From a virus (lineage: Duplodnaviria; Heunggongvirae; Uroviricota; Caudoviricetes), in IMG/VR virus record IMGVR_UViG_3300021404_000007, positions 1 to 64,000 of that record: a stretch of 64,000 nt of DNA; one strand, written 5' to 3'. The translations under genes and the position numbers were made by a program. The number at the start of each line of letters is the position of its first letter. The stretch's first letter is position 1. This document shows, piece after piece, positions 62,801 to 64,000 of the stretch. Under the pieces are notes generated by a model. The model was not told the origin of the DNA, did no database searches, and saw nothing but the letters and a program-made list of their open reading frames with translations.

Positions 62801-63336
62801 TCGGTGGTGCCGCTGCCGGGCGGGAAACCGAGGGCGGCCAGGATGGCGTCGATGAGCGACTGTGCGCCGCCCACCACCTCCGCGATCAGGTCCATGGCCA
62901 GGTTTTCCAGCGGGATGAAGCCGGTCAGACCCAGCGATCCGGTGGCGTCAGCGATCAGCATCGCGATCATGTTGGTGGGCTTCAACATGGTCTCGATGAA
63001 GTTCTCGATGGCCGCGATGGGATCGAAGTTGGGGTCCAGCGGGTTCAGCTCGCCGAGGAACTTCATCACGTTGCCGAAGAAGGTGACGATGTTCTCGAAG
63101 GTGCCCAGCACCTCGCTGCCCACCTGTAGCGGATCGGTGGGCATCGGCAGCCCGAGGATGCCGCAGATGATCGTCTCGAACGCGGTGATCAGGCTGCTGC
63201 CGGGAACCTGGGCCTGCTTGCCGATGATGTCTTCGATACCGGCGTCGAGCTGTTGCAGCGGGCTCTTGTCAACCTGGAAGAGGTTGCTGCCCTGAATCGA
63301 ACCGCTGCCCGCAAAGAGGTCGACTGCCCCGGCCAC
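59896..63336 (-). CDS. large minor tail / tail fibre protein with 20-aa tandem (IPxLDASKIVxGxFNxLQ) repeats
   Basis: 1146 aa; repeats encoded by 60-bp tandem units around 62030-62340. Confidence 0.6.
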   Translation of the reverse strand: MAGAVDLFAGSGSIQGSNLFQVDKSPLQQLDAGIEDIIGKQAQVPGSSLITAFETIICGILGLPMPTDPLQVGSEVLGTFENIVTFFGNVMKFLGELNPLDPNFDPIAAIENFIETMLKPTNMIAMLIADATGSLGLTGFIPLENLAMDLIAEVVGGAQSLIDAILAALGFPPGSGTTEDVNKLFTDLLDMLGNPANIATDLFDAGEAIINLITTMIKPTNLIAMLISDATGSAGVTGFIPIENLAMDVISGIVGGAQDVIDAILAALGFPPGSGTADDVDQFFTNLTAMLGNPADFATDLFNEVTAVENFITSMINPTNLLAPLNPLTSLLFPGNVPGLDASKIITGIFGTGQIPNLDASKIVSGLFNALQIPGLDATKIISGVFTVPQIPNLDASKIVTGVLNALQIPGLDASKIVTGLFNTLQIPGLDATKIVSGQFQQWLLPLIPVGSVGNIAPNMLANPTYATAASVNDVTGAWTWDSTVTHTADGTGSVKVIANGTLRQLLSDPPTPVANTHVLACSHWVEWSGASGTGACYKLSVIAYLAGALVSTTDLQIISSPAASSGWIQLSGSYTVPNNVDSVRLQLTVLPAATAGTLHWDDGSITKTNLFDQGFTSGLVGSLSNLNTAVLARALQTDLISLVNNLGLGSFSSISAALAPITTRLGNIGSGGLFDASQLGNIVNIPLLPAISIPGLDASKIITGALNILQIPTSQLTHLNIPDLGSVIDGITNNFGGTTVNGSGFTQAIANSAMFGIFNSVVQNGQAIQGLMQNTTGNNNSGTFDAVNFNGLPNSGTLPSVFTTTYSGTGTATCGINNGVAHWTTPGNGNRTGIFIFNTEDTDSDYQRLGATVSSGPGFSGGQSGANYLVARASSLSNPQNYVYAKFTTNGILGYFAELGCVVAGARTIFKAATAMPVNTTIWLLAGVGGNPRRYQVLSGTTPVIDYTETGTTSQFGAGFRKWGFMGDVVGGGNAAPGDGSAVSAADNVPPTVKGSSFRAYRTGGTVNVPTGSATLATNFFDTQDFCSGDMSFNPANATLTIGIEGTYLVNVRYNVNNIPGGAKMNPSLSKNGQVIRQMGGAFADGSFSANSANGAEGLALVYCLAGDTLTPGTVASTAMSNCLTGDATGTSCYFEVALMNLSYN
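62030..62340 (-). repeat. about 5-7 tandem 60-bp coding repeats inside the tail protein gene
   Basis: Units: GATCTTGCTGGCGTCCAGGCCCGG... Confidence 0.55.
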
Positions 63337-63338
63337 GG

Positions 63339-63971
63339 CTACCCGCCTCGGGCGGGCGCGACCGGGGTCACTTGGACGAACACCTGGGCGTCCACCGGGT
63401 TGAACGTGTAGATGCCCTCCGCACCGTCGTTGTAGAGGTTGACGTAGATGGTGGCCTGCTGCGGGTTGGTGTGGTTGGCGGGCACCACCGCCAGCCCGTT
63501 CGCCGGGGTGATGGCGTTGGTCGGGTTACCCGGCGTGGAGTAGTGCGGCATGATGTTGACTTCGCCCAAGGTGTTGCCGAAGCCGCGGCCGACCTGCTGG
63601 CCCGTGGTCGGGTCGCCCAGCAGCACCTCGCAGCCGATCTGCAGCGGGTCCGCGCTCAGTTCCAGGCCGAAGGCACCGATGTGGCCCCACACAATCGGGG
63701 TCCACGGGAAGGGCTGGGCCGGCAGCACGAACGAGCCGATGGCCGCGCGCTGGGAGAGGCCGGAGAAGCTGGTGAAGGCGTTCTCCGGCATCGAGTACGG
63801 GCTGGGGATCAGCTGGCTGATCGACACCGGCACCCAGATGGGGTAGTTGTTCCCGTCCGTGGTGAAGCGGCCGGTGAAGCCCAGCACGTCACCGGCCACC
63901 GGCGGCGTGCTCAGGTCAACGTCGGAGGCCACCGCGATGGCCGGACCCGGACCCTGTGGGCCGGGCGGCAC
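63339..63971 (-). CDS. minor tail protein (tail genes continue beyond the window end)
   Basis: 210-aa ORF; GTG start 3 nt after an upstream stop. Confidence 0.5.
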   Translation of the reverse strand: MPPGPQGPGPAIAVASDVDLSTPPVAGDVLGFTGRFTTDGNNYPIWVPVSISQLIPSPYSMPENAFTSFSGLSQRAAIGSFVLPAQPFPWTPIVWGHIGAFGLELSADPLQIGCEVLLGDPTTGQQVGRGFGNTLGEVNIMPHYSTPGNPTNAITPANGLAVVPANHTNPQQATIYVNLYNDGAEGIYTFNPVDAQVFVQVTPVAPARGG

Positions 63972-64000
63972 GGCTAGCTGGAACAGCTGCGTGGGGAACA

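Noticed and set aside
1-64000. Integrase, excisionase plus attP, and tRNA genes
   Set aside because: No Tyr- or Ser-recombinase signatures were recognised in any ORF. No tRNA-like cloverleaf or T-loop (GTTCGAATC-like) was spotted by eye. They may lie outside the window, or the element may be maintained differently.

Overview
This 64-kb window has about 66% GC and reads as a contiguous piece of an actinobacteriophage or prophage genome. The most likely host type is Mycobacterium, a siphovirus-like phage. The evidence is a DUF732-like membrane protein, a WhiB-like regulator, a Ku protein with a Lys/Ala-rich tail, lysin A with a C39-like peptidase motif and glycine-rich minor tail proteins. Cluster O (Corndog-like) phages come to mind but I cannot verify that. 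Genes are tightly packed, with many 1-, 4- or 8-nt start/stop overlaps, and fall into alternating strand blocks: + 1..28105, - 28201..30617, + 30721..43153, - 43246..48869, + 48978..52345 and - 52342..63971. The last block is lysis plus tail genes running off the window end. Recognisable content is as follows: Ku (NHEJ); an O-methyltransferase-like SAM MTase and a gamma-class amino DNA MTase; QueC on the + strand; a distant minus-strand 7-deazaguanine DNA-modification operon (FolE, QueE, QueD, DpdA-like transglycosylase, ParB/DpdB-like protein, a GT-A glycosyltransferase and an unknown ORF); a RecE/YqaJ-like exonuclease plus RecT with a winged-helix regulator; six or more HNH homing endonucleases; an XRE repressor / Cro-like switch with a palindromic operator; an isolated voltage-sensor (S1-S4) domain protein; an SPFH protein; lysin A with holin-like genes; and three or more minor tail proteins. 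The non-coding layer is unusually rich and is covered in the findings below. Its centrepiece is a roughly 3.3-kb G-rich GGC-periodic degenerate repeat expanse (23160-26470) with an ordinary small gene embedded in it. No integrase, tRNA or CRISPR was seen. Coordinates of internal start codons may be off by a few nucleotides.
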